Assembly: GCA_965235115.1 (NCBI GenBank)
Contig: OZ249436.1
Span: 26,786,001-26,850,000, forward strand
Direction: 5' to 3'
DNA: 64,000 nucleotides
From: Laetmonice hystrix
Lineage: Eukaryota
Shown: positions 1-11,798 of the stretch, one piece after another
Layout: the number at the start of each line of letters is the position of its first letter
Numbering within the stretch: the first letter of the stretch is position 1
Translations under genes and position numbers: made by a program
Notes under the pieces: generated by a model
Database searches by the model: none
What the model saw: the letters and a program-made list of their open reading frames with translations, nothing else
Told to the model about the DNA's origin: nothing

Positions 1-209
1 GGATTGCACCACATCCAGCGTTGGCAACCACCTTTTTTTCCCCGTGCAACCTTCCAAATTGACCCCACTCAACCCCCGTGTCAGCCAGATATCCGCCCCC
101 CCCCCCCCCCCCCGTTTCTTAAATCCTGGATACGTACCTGGTGATGGCAGCAAATGGGGCTGAAGACATTTTTGTGGGATTTGGAGGGGGGTTACGCCTT
201 TGCTACAGA

Positions 210-290
210 CATGGTCATATCAAGGCGGTCAGTTTTACGTGTGGATGAAACCGGAGTACCCGGGGGAAACCCACAGACCTTACAGCATGT
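210..290 (-). mobile_element. SINE fragment, V-SINE-like core
   Basis: Reverse complement contains TGGGTTTCCCCCGGGTACTCCGGTTTC, resembling the V-domain core of V-SINEs. No head or TSD seen. Confidence 0.45.
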
Positions 291-1527
291 CTGAATTGAT
301 TAGATATAAACCTTTTAGGTCTCATAGTAAATAAGATCTAGTTCTAACTTGAAAGTCAGTTGGTATTGGAAAGAGTAGTGATCAGAATGCCTATCAAAGG
401 GCTGACACCTCCCCCTCCCCCCAGTTCAAGCAGGGGGTGGTGGACTGCTGCCTTCCCGACCTGCACCCTGTTCTAACGCGTATGAATGATGTAACTACAT
501 TTTTGTTATTACAGTTGTGCGGATTCCCCCACGGGGATACAGGCATGCGTCCTCGCCGCCCTCAAGACAGGAAGCGATTGCTGCGCACGCGCACAGCAGA
601 GAAGGAAAGGGACCGCCTGCTCGGCCTCGCTGTCATTCGGCAACCACTGCTGATGAACTGATAACCTAACGTTAGCAACAGTCACGTAGTTTGGTTTCTC
701 AGACAGAAAATGTACGTCATCGTTCAAAGACTGTTGAGATTAATCTAGATTTGGTCACGATGTGTAGGATCGGCCTATGTGTCGGGAGTTGTGTAGGATA
801 CCCACCTTGGACAGTAGCAGGAACCATGTCTTCGTACACTCACACAGTCGCACCTTCAACAATGTTTTAGTTATATACGTTTCAAGCACTGCAGTTATGT
901 AAGAGTTGATCAAATAAAAAGTAACAGGCTTCAAGAAACCCCTGAGATGGGTTCTCTGATAAAAAGGGAACACATAATATATAGACTTCTTGGTATGACC
1001 ATTTTGACCCCTCGCCCACTTCTGCCACGTTGGGCCTTTGACCCTCATATAGAAACTATTAGGCTGATTCAAAGCGTGCAGTGTAGGAGAGCCGTGTGCA
1101 AGCCTCTCTACTTTTGTCTCTAAAATATTGTTTAAAGAAAAGACAAGTTACATCCAGCGCAGAAATCGAGGAAATAACTTTAAGTGTGACGAAATACATT
1201 TTTCCATCAAATACAATGTATTAGAACATCTCAAACGACTTCGCTCCGATCATGGTACAAATCGTGCAGAACTAACATAAGAATAGTAAAGGAAATATAA
1301 ATAATTTATGTATTGTGTATTATACATTATGTATTGAATAAAACCTGAACATTGCAATTTGGTGGACGACGTATAGACCGAGAGATAGTTAAATATCTCT
1401 TGTAAGGAATCCTGGAAGAAATAAATGTTTTGATCACTTTATTGCTTACTGTATAACATTTAGTTAACATTACTAACGGAGTTGTGGGGGTGTTTTCTGA
1501 TTACTTCCCAAGTTTTGCTTCAGTTTT

Positions 1528-1827
1528 GGGGTCCGGGCTGGCGCAGTGGTTAGAACGCGGGATCTTCATCCAAAGGTTTTGATTTCGAGCCTCGCCAGAC
1601 TTTCGTGCAGAGCAGCAGAGGCTGGCCGTGTCACGATACGTCTATTTGGAGGGGCACGTTAAAGACCCCTGGTATCTATCGAAAAGAGTAGTGGTTCGCC
1701 CCGGTGCGAGGGTTTCTTCCTATCATCTCATCATTATCACCCAACAGATTTCATCGACTGAGTTAGTTACCTTGTTCTCGTTCTGATATCTGACTGGGCG
1801 TTAAACACCAACTACTCACTCAACCAC
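1528..1827 (+). mobile_element. Full-length tRNA-derived SINE (Meta-SINE-like core)
   Basis: A box TGGCGCAGTGG (~1539), B-box-like GATTTCGAGCC (~1581), core GGGGCACGTTAAAAGACCC...GAAAAGAGTAG, short CTCA-type tail. Flanked by a perfect 12-bp TSD TGCTTCAGTTTT (1516-1527, 1828-1839). Confidence 0.9.
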
Positions 1828-1954
1828 TGCTTCAGTTTTCGCACCAAGAAAATTGTCCGGTTCACGAAACTGGACGGCAGTAGGGCTTGTGAATGACAGT
1901 ACGGTGGCCGAATAATTTTACAATTCCGCCCGCAGTGGCTGCGTCAGCACGAAA

Positions 1955-2250
1955 TGACCCACGCAGCGGCCGGGTAAGCGCGGCAGGTTGAATTTCACCC
2001 GACCCGCGCAGCAGCCGGGTCAGCGCGGCTTTGCATTTCACCCGACCCGCGCAACGGCCGGGTCAGCGCGGCTTTGCATTTCACCCGACCCGCGCAGCGG
2101 TCGGGTCAGCGGGCAGGTTGAATTTCACCCGACCCGCGCAGCAGCCGGGTCAGCGAGGCTTTGCACTTCACCCGACCCGCGCAACGGCCGAGTCAGCGCG
2201 GCTTTGCATTTCACCCGACCCGCGCAGCGGTCGGGTCAGCGGGCAGGTTG
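1955..2250. repeat. GC-rich ~42-bp minisatellite
   Basis: About 7 units of TTTCACCCGACCCGCGCAGCRGCCGGGTCAGCG with an internal GACCCG/CGGGTC inverted repeat. Confidence 0.9.
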
Positions 2251-3494
2251 AAGATTGTTAAAGGGAATAGAAAAGTTCAAACTATCAATATAAGGGTGTT
2301 CAGCATGAACAAGCTTGTTCTTACCTACAATTCTGTGATTATCTCATCTTTAATAAAGGAATAATCAACCGAAATATAGAGACATTCTCCCGCTGGCTTC
2401 GTCCGTTTCTTTACCCTATTTGGCCCTTATCTCAATCTATTAATAGATATAGCTCCCGCTGTCTCCCGTGGGAAATAGCGAATGAAACGGGCGGTATTTT
2501 TAAAAAGTCGCCGTTGACAGTGTTCCACTTATCGGTGTGACCTCAGACACTTTATATTCCCTTTGAGATGTTATTTCAAACTGAACGATGATGTCCCTCC
2601 AGTTTTCTTATGTTGCAGTACTCAATTCGCCGTTTTCCGAATCTCCGATATGTAGCTTTAATCTCAGAGACTTTCTATTCACTGAGATGTACGGTCAGTG
2701 AACCAAAAGTACGAAAAAAAGAAGAGACCCATCACATCTTATGTGAAAAAGGTCATGTTGTGTTATACAAGCAAACTCTGCTCGACTTTCTGGAATAAAG
2801 GGCCATATACACAGGAGTTTCACACGACCGACGAAACGTGCACGATTTTTTCGTCGGTCGGGTGAAAATTTCACGTGACCGACCGACACAAGTTTCAACC
2901 GATTTTCTGTTTTTCTGCATATGCACAGAGCGGCTTTTCACACGACCGATTGTTTATAATGAATTTGTATTATAGGTGATGCAATTAAATCGGTCGTGTG
3001 AGCATATAGACTAGAGGACTTGCTTGACCGATTTTGCCACACGATTTCACGATTTTGAATTTGGCGTGACCGATATTGCCACACGATTTTTTTAATATTT
3101 TGAATTTAGTGCTAGATAAAGAGATTCGCGATAATTCACCACGTGGTAATTGTCATTTACATTCCTGCGGCCGTGGCCGCCACTGTTGCCATGTTATGTA
3201 TACAGTCCCCATCTTGGCCTGCTTCGAGGCGAGTTATATGTATGCGCCTTTGGCTCCGAGATCGGTACGATGCCTCACAGAAGAATACTGTATACAAACT
3301 ACAGCAGGAACTCATAGTGGCGGGTACCCTAGTCTGGTTTAGGCCTACATAATAGGTTTTGTAGAACTTCAATCTGAAACAATAGTAATTACTGTGTGCA
3401 TTCCAGGTGCGCATTAACGTCATGATATTTCAATAAATAAAAAGAAAACGTAGCCAGTATAGGGCCTATTATATAGATTCATTACGTGACTTGA

Positions 3495-4762
3495 CTGATG
3501 AGGGGGAGCGACGTAAGTGATGTGGGAAGTGACCTGGAGATGACGGGGAGTGACGTGAGTGATGTGGGCGAGTGATCAGTGATGTGGGGTAGTGACGTGA
3601 GTGATGTGGGCTAGTGATCAGTGATGTGGGGTAGTGACACGATTGATGTGGGCGAGTGATCAGTGATGTGGGGCAGTGACGTGAGTGATCAGTGATGTGG
3701 GGGAGTGACGTGAGTGATGTGGGCGAGTGATCAGTGATGTGGGGCAGTGACGTGAGTGATCAGTGATGTGGGGGAGTGACGTGAGTGATGTGGGCGAGTG
3801 ATCAGTGATGTGGGGGAGTGACGTGAGTGATGTGGGCGAGTGATCAGTGCTGTGGGGTAGTGACACGATTGATGTGGGCGAGTGATCAGTGATGTGGGGG
3901 AGTGACGTGAGTGATGTGGGTGAGTGATCAGTGATGTGGGGGAGTGACGTGAGTGATGTGGGCGAGTGATCAGTGCTGTGGGGTAGTGACGTGAGTGATC
4001 AGTGCTGTGGGGGAGTGACGTGAGTGATGTGGGCGAGTGATCAGTGATGTGGGGGAGTGACGTGAGTGATGTGGGTGAGTGATCAGTGATGTGGGGGAGT
4101 GACGTGAGTGATGTGGGCGAGTGATCAGTGATGTGGGGTAGTGACACGATTGATGTGGGCGAGTGATCAGTGATGTGGGGTAGTGACACGATTGATGTGG
4201 GCGAGTGATCAGTGATGTGGGGCAGTGACGTGAGTCATGTGGGCGAGTGATCAGTGATGTGGGGGAGTGACGTGAGTGATGTGGGCGAGTGATCAGTGAT
4301 GTGGGGTAGTGACGTGAGTGATCAGTGATGTGGGGGAGTGACGTGAGTGATGTGGGCGAGTGATCAGTGATGTGGGGTAGTGACGTGAGTGATGTGGGCT
4401 AGTGATCAGTGATGTGGGGTAGTGACACGATTGATGTGGGCGAGTGATCAGTGATGTGGGGTAGTGACGTGAGTGATCAGTGATGTGGGGGAGTGACGTG
4501 AGTGATGTGGGCGAGTGATCAGTGATGTGGGGTAGTGACGTGAGTGATCAGTGATGTGGGGGAGTGACGTGAGTGATGTGGGCGAGTGATCAGTGATGTG
4601 GGGTAGTGACGTGAGTGATGTGGACGAGTGATCAGTGATGTGGGGAAGTGACGTGAGTGATGTGGGCGAGTGACGTGAGTAATGTGGGCGAGTGACGTGA
4701 GTAATGTGGGCGAGTGACGTGAGTGAGGTAGACGAGTGACGTTAAATCATGTGGGGAGTGAC
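3495..4762. repeat. Compound minisatellite (~18-21-bp subunits)
   Basis: Alternating AGTGACGTGAGTGATGTGGGCG and AGTGATCAGTGATGTGGGG units over ~1.25 kb. Confidence 0.95.
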
Positions 4763-4768
4763 TTAAGT

Positions 4769-5038
4769 CAGGTGCCGGGTGTGGTGCCGGGTGTGGTGCC
4801 GGGTGAGGTGCCGGGTGTGGTGCCGGGAGAGGTAGCGGATGAGGTGCCGGGTGTGGTGCCGGGAGAGGTGCCGGGAGAGGTGCCGAGAGAGGTGCCGTGA
4901 GGTGTCGGGTGAGGTGCCGGGTGTGGTACCGGGAGAGGTGCCGGGTGAGGTGTGCGGAAAGGAGCCGGGAGGTGCCGGGAGAGGTGTCGAGAGGTGCTGG
5001 GAGAGGAGCCGGAAGGGGTCGGGAGAGGTGTCAGGAGA
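4769..5038. repeat. 12-bp minisatellite (GAGGTGCCGGGW)n
   Basis: Direct tandem repeats, degenerating to the right. Confidence 0.9.
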
Positions 5039-6021
5039 GGAGCCAGTCATTGTTCACGTTGGGAGGCGTGCAAAGACGAAACATACCGTAAAGTGCTAAA
5101 CCCACCCCCTTGCGACGGCCATGCGGTTTTTGATTTAATGGTGGAATTTCACTCTGAAATTTTTCATGGCTGGCCTTCTCCGTTCCAGGAAATGGGTTCC
5201 ATACTCTAATCTCAAAATTACAGTAAAATAAAAGGGTGATCTCAAAATCGCATGGGCGTCGCAAGAGGAATCGCCTTGGTGAGTTCAGCACTTAAAACTA
5301 CCGTGAATGACCAACATAAGGCAAAAAAAAACCGGTTTCTGGTCTGCGCCCGCATCCCTTTAGATGCCGCGCATCAGTGCTTTTTTTCTTGCCTTCCCCT
5401 TGGATGACTGTGAATTGTGCTGCCACATAGCGGTAAGGCCTAAAACTAACCATTGTTGTAATGGATATTTCATTCACCGACTGCAACGGAAGTGTGTTTG
5501 TATTCAAAGCGATGACAGCAAAGGTCATGGTCCTTATCTTTATGCAGGCAGAACTCGGACAAGTTATTGTTGTTAAGTGGGTGACACATTTATTAACTTG
5601 AATTTACATAAGTGATGTTATATAGTGGAATATTGGAGGTAAGTAGGACAGTGAGCCCACGCTGCACTGTCTGGGTTGAATTTAGGATGAGAAGGTATAG
5701 ATAAGGAGAGGAAGTAGGGCAGTGAGCCCCCGCTGCACTGCCCATAAGGTAGCTAAGTAAGTAAGGTTATAGGAGGAGATGTGTCACCGACCCGTTCTGA
5801 CTCTGAGCCCACGCTGCAGTGTCTCGGGTTTGAAAATTAGATCAAACGAAGTTGATATTGAAGTGGTAGGCTTTTCTTTGGCCGTGAGCCCACGCTGCAC
5901 AACCTTGGCGTCTTGGTTCAGCCTCATATAAAAGTTAAGAATGAAAAGTTACTGGGTTGTAAATTGTAACTGCAAAAGCCTGAAGGCTCTCTTATGTGGC
6001 GACCTTGGGCCACTAACCTGT

Positions 6022-6480
6022 CTATAAGACAGGTGGAGCCATAATATATCGTCGGAAGGCGTCCGAGTGCCCATTAGCTGAATCCCGGCATCGGAATAAC
6101 CTACCGTGCAGCATCGGAGGCTGCCCCAATCCGGAAACTACGATCCAGCGAAACTGACCTTTAAAACGTGTGGTGTCTAGACCACAGAAAACAAGTGTAA
6201 CGTAAGTATCGCCGGGATAGGTCTGCAGAAAATGTTGTTGAAGGACCGAGGGTGAAAAGCGCCCCGTCGTGATTTCCCCTCCAGTGGCTATATGCCCTTG
6301 ATGCCTGGACTGGGCAATAAGGAGAGGATGGCATGGCTGAGATGACGACATTGTATGGCTCTTTAGAATGTTTGTAATTGCGGAGGATGAAGGAAGCCTG
6401 GTCTTGCGAGAGTGTCATATCCCCATAGCTTAGCACATCTGGAGAAGTGGGGCCAAGTTATTTTGAACTCCCGGGATATG
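6022..6480 (-). pseudogene. Tyrosine recombinase C-terminal remnant of element A
   Basis: Frameshifted pieces: ILRNYKHSK (catalytic K region), YCPVQA, GLDTTRFKGQFR (degenerate GHSFRIG), HSDAFRRYI (catalytic Y). N-terminal part appears deleted. Confidence 0.8.
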
Positions 6481-6499
6481 GACGGCACGAATGGAAAAG

Positions 6500-7560
6500 T
6501 TATATTTGAGCATGGCAGACACCAAAATGGACCAGCTTCATGATGTTCTCTTTTGATGAGGAAGTAGAATTTATGATAGACACTAATGCTATATTGTCTG
6601 TGTGGAACTTGATGTTACTGTTCCTGAGCTTCTCGCCCCAAAGGAGGACAGCAAGGACAATCAGGTATAGCTCGAGAAGAGTTATGTCTCCACGGTCTAC
6701 GGAGGCTGGCCATGAGCGATACTTTGTCTTCTGGCAGCATGGCAAGGCCTCGTCTAACATCGAGGTCTATGCCCAAAAGGTAAGGGTCGGAGCAGGGCCC
6801 TCCGTTTTTTCTGCAACAATGGGTATAACACATTCATCGCGAAAAGCAATGAAGCGATCCAAGTGATCCTTTGCCTCCTGTTCTGAGTCTGCAATGATCA
6901 GGAAGTCATCCAAGACATGGACGATATGTGTAATATGAAGTTTGTGTTGGGCCACCCATTGGATGGCTGTCGAGAAGGCCTCAAAGATGGGGCACGACAT
7001 AAAACAGCCCATCGGGAGAGTGGTGTCATAATAGAATTGACCGTGCCAGATGAAGCCGAGCAGATGATGGTCAGCTGGAGTTATAGGGATGATCCTAAAG
7101 GCAGATTTAATGTCGGTTTTGGCCAGCCATGCATGATTGCCTAACTGGTTAATGTGGCCTATGGCATGGTCCAAAGTACAATACTTCACAGCAACTCTGT
7201 CCCTGGGGATGGAAGAGTTGATAGACGTGCCTCTTCGCATGGGTAGCTGAGGTTATGAATAAATCTGAAGCATCCTGGAGCCTTTTTTGGTATCACTTTA
7301 ATAGGTGAAACACGGAAATTCCTGAGAGGCGGAGATTGGAATAGACCCTTGATTCGGCCGGCCTGTATTTCCTGTAAGACCTTCTGTTCCAAGACGGGAA
7401 CCAAGGAATCGTAGCCCTGTAGATACTGACGAAGAACGTCTACTTTAACTGGGGAGCTGTTCGTTGGAGAACCAGGATCAGGCACTTGTGGGAACTGTTC
7501 TGTTTCGCTGTGAGGGGGTAGTGGTAGCGGAACGTTTACCTTCTGGCCGACGAAAAAGAT
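6500..7560 (-). pseudogene. Reverse transcriptase / RNase H of element A
   Basis: FRVSPIKVIPKKAPGCFRFIHNLSYP, LAKTDIKSAFRIIPI, LPMGCFMSCPIF, HVLDDFLII, EKTEGP; RNase H ITLLELYLIVLAVLLWG...FHTDNIALVSIIN. Several frameshifts and an internal deletion. Confidence 0.92.
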
Positions 7561-8262
7561 TGCGCTTCCCAAACTTGGAAGCCCAGTGGGGAGATCCGCA
7601 CACATAGCAGGCGTGGCTGAAGGAGCATCCCTCACAGTGTCTCCCGGAATGGAAGTCCCAACAGAAGTCAAATGGGTGAGTGGACTGCTGTTTAGCCCTC
7701 CTATCAGGAGTATGGGGCCTGCACGGGGAGATGGTAGCAAACGGGTTGCAGTGGCATATTAGATCGATGTTGATACTGCCGAACGATTCCCGTCCATTGG
7801 CATGGAGACGTCTAAAACAGTCATATACGTCTCCCAGTCGAACCCCTCCTCCTGTAAACCCTGGCAGAGCTGGAAAGACTACTGCAGCCTGGTAGCCCGG
7901 AACCTGCGGCATAGACTGAGGTGCGTCTGTGGATGGTGCAGCGACTGTGCGAGGACCGGCGTCTTGGCTGCGGAGGGCCTGTACCCCTGAGCGATGCCTT
8001 GAGTGAGCATTTGCCGCAGTTGGCCCAGGTCTGCCGTCGGTAAGGACCCAGTGGAACTACAAGGAGGCTGACCGAGAGTCGAAGGCTGCGTGAGTCGTTG
8101 ACTGGGCGGGTGGCACGGTCATCGGCGGTGTGGCAGGCTGGGGGGTTGGCGAAGGTAGGGGTTGTGCCGAATCTGTCCCATGAGACGAACTAGATTACGA
8201 CGCGTGCGCCCTGTACGTCCAGCTTCTCTCGCTCCACCACCACGTGACCGTTGAGGCGTCAT
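7478..8262 (-). pseudogene. gag-like ORF1 of element A with C-terminal Cys/His zinc knuckle
   Basis: Basic/Pro-rich N-terminus from ATG 8262; YDCFRRL..W-type motif region; CWDFHSGRHCEGCSFSHACYVCGSPH overlapping the start of pol, as in DIRS-order elements. Confidence 0.75.
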
Positions 8263-8501
8263 GTTATGACTGACTGACTGTTGGAAGAAAAACAAGATTG
8301 GCAAGTGGAAACATGGAAATGTAAGGGAGGCAAGTAGACATACTTAGGGATGTGGGCGAAGTAAAACAAGGAACAATAAGAGGATAACTACGGCGTAAGT
8401 ATGTAACCAGTCTAAGCATTGAAGAAAATATGAATACATGTAAATTGGATGATTAAGGAAGAGGCTCCAAAAGGATATGGTACCATGTATCATGGATAGC
8501 T

Positions 8502-9741
8502 ATCGTTGGTACAGCCGGGTCAGGTAGGCCAAAGTAGGGCATACTGACCCGGAAATGGCGTTGGTACAGGAATGTGTCGTTGGTACAAGTAACGTTGGTA
8601 TAAATATCGTTGGTACAAATTATCGTTGGTACAAAATATCGTTGGTACAAAATATCGTTGGTACAGCCGGGTCAGGTAGGCCAAAGTAGGGCGTACTGAC
8701 CCGGAAATGGCGTTGGTACAGGAAGGTGTCGTTGGTACAAATAACGTTGGTACAAATATCGTTGGTACAAAATATCGTTGGTACAAAGTATCGTTGGTAC
8801 AGCCGGGTCAGGTAGGCCAAAGTAGGGGGTACTGACCCAGAAATGGCGTCGGTACAGGAAGGTGTCGTTGGTACAAGTATCGTTGGTACGAAATATCGTT
8901 GGTACAGCCGGGTCAGGTAGGCCAAAGTAGGGCGTACTGACCCGGAAATGGCGTTGGTACAGGAAGGTATCGTTGATACAAGTAACGTTGGTACAAAATA
9001 TCGTTAGTACAAAATATCGTTGGTACAGCCGGGTCAGGTAGGCCAAAGTAGGGCGTACTGACCCAAAAGGATATCCAAAAGGATATGGCGTTGGTACAGG
9101 AAGGTGTCGTTGGTACAAGTATCGTTGGTACAAAATATCGTTGGTACAGCCGGGTCAGGTAGGCCAAAGTAGGGCGTACTGACCCGGAAATGGCGTTGGT
9201 ACAGGAAGGTATCGTTGGTACAAGTAACGTTGGTACAAAATATCGTTGGTACAAAATGTCGTTGGTACAGCCGGGTCAGGTAGGCCAAAGTAGGGCGTAC
9301 TGACCCGGAAATGGCGTTGGTACAGGAAGGTATCGTTGGTACAGTATCGTTGGTACAAATATCGTTGGTACAAAATATCGTTGGTACATCCGGGTCAGGT
9401 AGGCCAAAGTAGGGCGTACTGACCCGGAAATGGCGTTGGTACAGGAAGGTATCGTTGGTACAAGTAACGTTGGTACAAATATCGTTGGTACAAAATATCG
9501 TTGGTACAAAATATCGTTGGTACAGCCGGGTCAGGTAGGCCAAAGTAGGGCGTACTGACCCGGAAATGGCGTTGCTACAGGAAGGTGTCGTTGGTACAAG
9601 TATCGTTGGTACAAAATATCGTTGGTACAGCCGGGTCAGGTAGGCCAAAGTAGGGCGTACTGACCCGGAAATGGCCTTGGCACAGGAAGGTGTCGTTGTA
9701 CCTACAAGTAACGTTGGTACAAAATATCGTTGGTACAGCCG
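8502..9741. repeat. Composite tandem array inserted in element A
   Basis: Ten copies of CCGGGTCAGGTAGGCCAAAGTAGGGCGTACTGACCCGG separated by variable numbers of 15-16-bp AAATATCGTTGGTACA subrepeats. Confidence 0.95.
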
Positions 9742-10078
9742 TGATGTAATGGTAAACAATGAAACCAGAGAGTGGAAACACGTATCAAATGTAATACAGA
9801 CAATTACATAAACCTATGAAAATATGATGAACAAAAGGGAATGTGGAAGAGGCGCATAAAGCCCTCTCACGCTGAGATAGCAGAAAGTATAATTATTGAG
9901 GAAATAGGGAACACCCGAAGCGAATCTAGAGCCCCGTGACGTCACAATGTCGGGATAGAATATACGGTAGGGATATCTAGCTATGACCATCTAACCCAAC
10001 GCTAAAGTGGACCGGTGTACCTAGTTTATTTGGTGAGGAAGGCCAACCCCTGGACTGAGTACAGGCCCTCTAAGCGAC

Positions 10079-10545
10079 CTATAACTTGTAGTTACCCCAG
10101 TCATTAAAGTGTACACCATCAGGAGAGTGAACCGTAGGATTGTGACAATACAGGGCCAATAACTTCCAGAAAACGATGTCGGATTCTGTAGAAAGTATTT
10201 CCCTAAGGTAATGATTACAAGACTGAACCCTGTCTGGGTGGGAACAGTGCAAAATACACCCTCCCGACACCGAGGTGATCGATGCAATGGCGGGCGGAGT
10301 CATGCAGAGTACTGGCAGTGAGTAGGCCTAGGGGGAAGCTCCCGCAGTCCCGGGGAGAAGAGGTCGTTGCCGCCGATACACACAAGATCATACTGAATGA
10401 TATCCCCAACGAGTCGGCCCCCCACACCGTGAAGAGAGACCGACACATCATCAGCCCAGACTGGATTGACCCTTGAATGGTACTGATCGGGAACGTTCAG
10501 CATAAAATGAGACAGGCGACGAATGTGGCTGTCGCCGAGACCCAC
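10079..10545 (-). pseudogene. SGNH/GDSL hydrolase ORF of element A
   Basis: All four SGNH blocks across frameshifted frames: LGDSHIRRL, HGVGG, IGGNDL, SPDGVHFN. Confidence 0.85.
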
Positions 10546-10787
10546 ATGGCGGACATCGGGGAAGCCGGGCGAGTAGGCCTAAACAACCCAAACATATGTA
10601 ACAAAAACACCTAGCTTAGTCAGGCCGATCGCCTCCGAAGCGTCCAGTATCCAAAACCGCGTAAGTCGCAGATGTCTTTGGTAGCCCTGAGTACAGCCGA
10701 TGGCCCCCGAATATTTCAGATTAATGGAGATTGTTGACAGAGCTCTGGGTATATTTTTGGGATAATCTGGGATGGGAGAGTGACCTG

Positions 10788-10913
10788 GGCCCGGTTCACA
10801 AACAAAGTCAAGTCAATTTTAATTGACTTGAAGTCAATTTTACTTGAATCTGATTGGTTAAAATGGATTTCAAGCTAATTAAAATTGACTTGGCTTTGTT
10901 TGTGAATTGGGCC
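10788..10913. mobile_element. 126-bp MITE, PIF/Harbinger-related (CWG target)
   Basis: ~37-bp imperfect TIRs GGCCCGGTTCACAAACAAAGTCAAGTCAATTTTAATT; CTG duplicated on both sides. Confidence 0.85.
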
Positions 10914-11507
10914 CTGATTAAGAGAACGGAATTCTGGGGGAATTAGGATAATGAACCTGTCGCCCTCTAGCGGGATGCAGGAAAACCAAGGATGATGAGT
11001 CTCTAATGAGACTCTAGGGAGTAGGGGAGTTCTCCTGCATAAAATCCGTTGAACCAAGGTTCCAACGTGCCTATAGTGTACATGGCCCTTAAGCCTCTCA
11101 AACCGCGTATTGATATTTGATTATTAATATTGCTATAAAAATGCAGGCCCGTAGGGAGTTTTGAGGGTGTGCCGACCCCCCCCCCCCCCCCCGCAGGGGA
11201 GTAGACATCTGAAAAGATCGCTCACCACGTAGCCTCAGTCCCGTATCCAAGGGGGTGGCGGGGGTGAAATATGGCTTGTCTCTGCTTCTTGGTACTTGGG
11301 ATATTCGTATTCTAATGCATGTAGCAATACTCAGGTCGCATTACCATCGACTAAGTTTGGATTTGCGAACATAGAATAACTGATGGTGCAGGAGAGGGGG
11401 CCGACAGGAAAGATTGAGTTATTTGTGTGAAATCCCGTTTTTTAGCACGCTCATGAAAATACTTCATAAAAGAAGAAACTCATTATCCACTATGGAAAAC
11501 TTTCATT

Positions 11508-11513
11508 TTTATT
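11508..11513 (-). terminator. Putative polyadenylation signal of caveolin copy 1
   Basis: AATAAA ~290 nt past the stop; retained in the array copies and in diverged copy 9 (59946-59951). Confidence 0.6.
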
Positions 11514-11798
11514 TCGTAACACTTATTAATGCTACTTGTAGGATGCATCGTGGTTCAGAACACATAAACATAAATTGGTTATCTCATTATAGTGAGATTC
11601 TCATATCCGGATCAACTATGGCACCAAATCGATGCACGTGTCCCCAACGTGCCCAATCCTGCATGGCTCTTCCCTATTATCACGTTTTTTACTCTTTGTA
11701 AGTCGTTACCGATCATGGCAGTGTAAATAGTACCCCCATTGATTGTCTACTTTCGAGCTTAGCCTACTTTTGAGCCTACATTGATATATGTTAAATTG

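Larger units (their letters stand above)
5539..11043 (-). mobile_element. Tyrosine-recombinase retrotransposon A (DIRS order, Ngaro-like coding region), decayed
   Basis: Minus-strand order SGNH - gag - RT - RNase H - YR. Inverted termini TTTATGCAGGAGAACTC (11027-11043) and GAGTTCTGCCTGCATAAA (5539-5556). AATAAA at 5589-5594. Confidence 0.9.

Noticed and set aside
1528..1600. tRNA gene
   Set aside because: No complete cloverleaf; continues into a SINE body with tail and TSD.
1988..5209. ORFs over the minisatellites
   Set aside because: Low-complexity translations of tandem repeats.
5647..5904. CRISPR array (palindromic repeats with unique spacers)
   Set aside because: Eukaryotic context, no cas genes, repeat flanks covary rather than being identical, and it lies in a retrotransposon 3' UTR.
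8502..9741. CRISPR array or repetitive protein ORFs
   Set aside because: The apparent spacers are themselves subrepeats; ORFs in several frames are artefacts of stop-poor repeats.
10990..11020. Hammerhead ribozyme (TGATGA-GTCTC-loop-GAGAC)
   Set aside because: Lacks the C of CUGAUGA and the GAAA after stem II. Other CTGATGA sites checked (~650, ~14208, ~57154) also lack GAAA.
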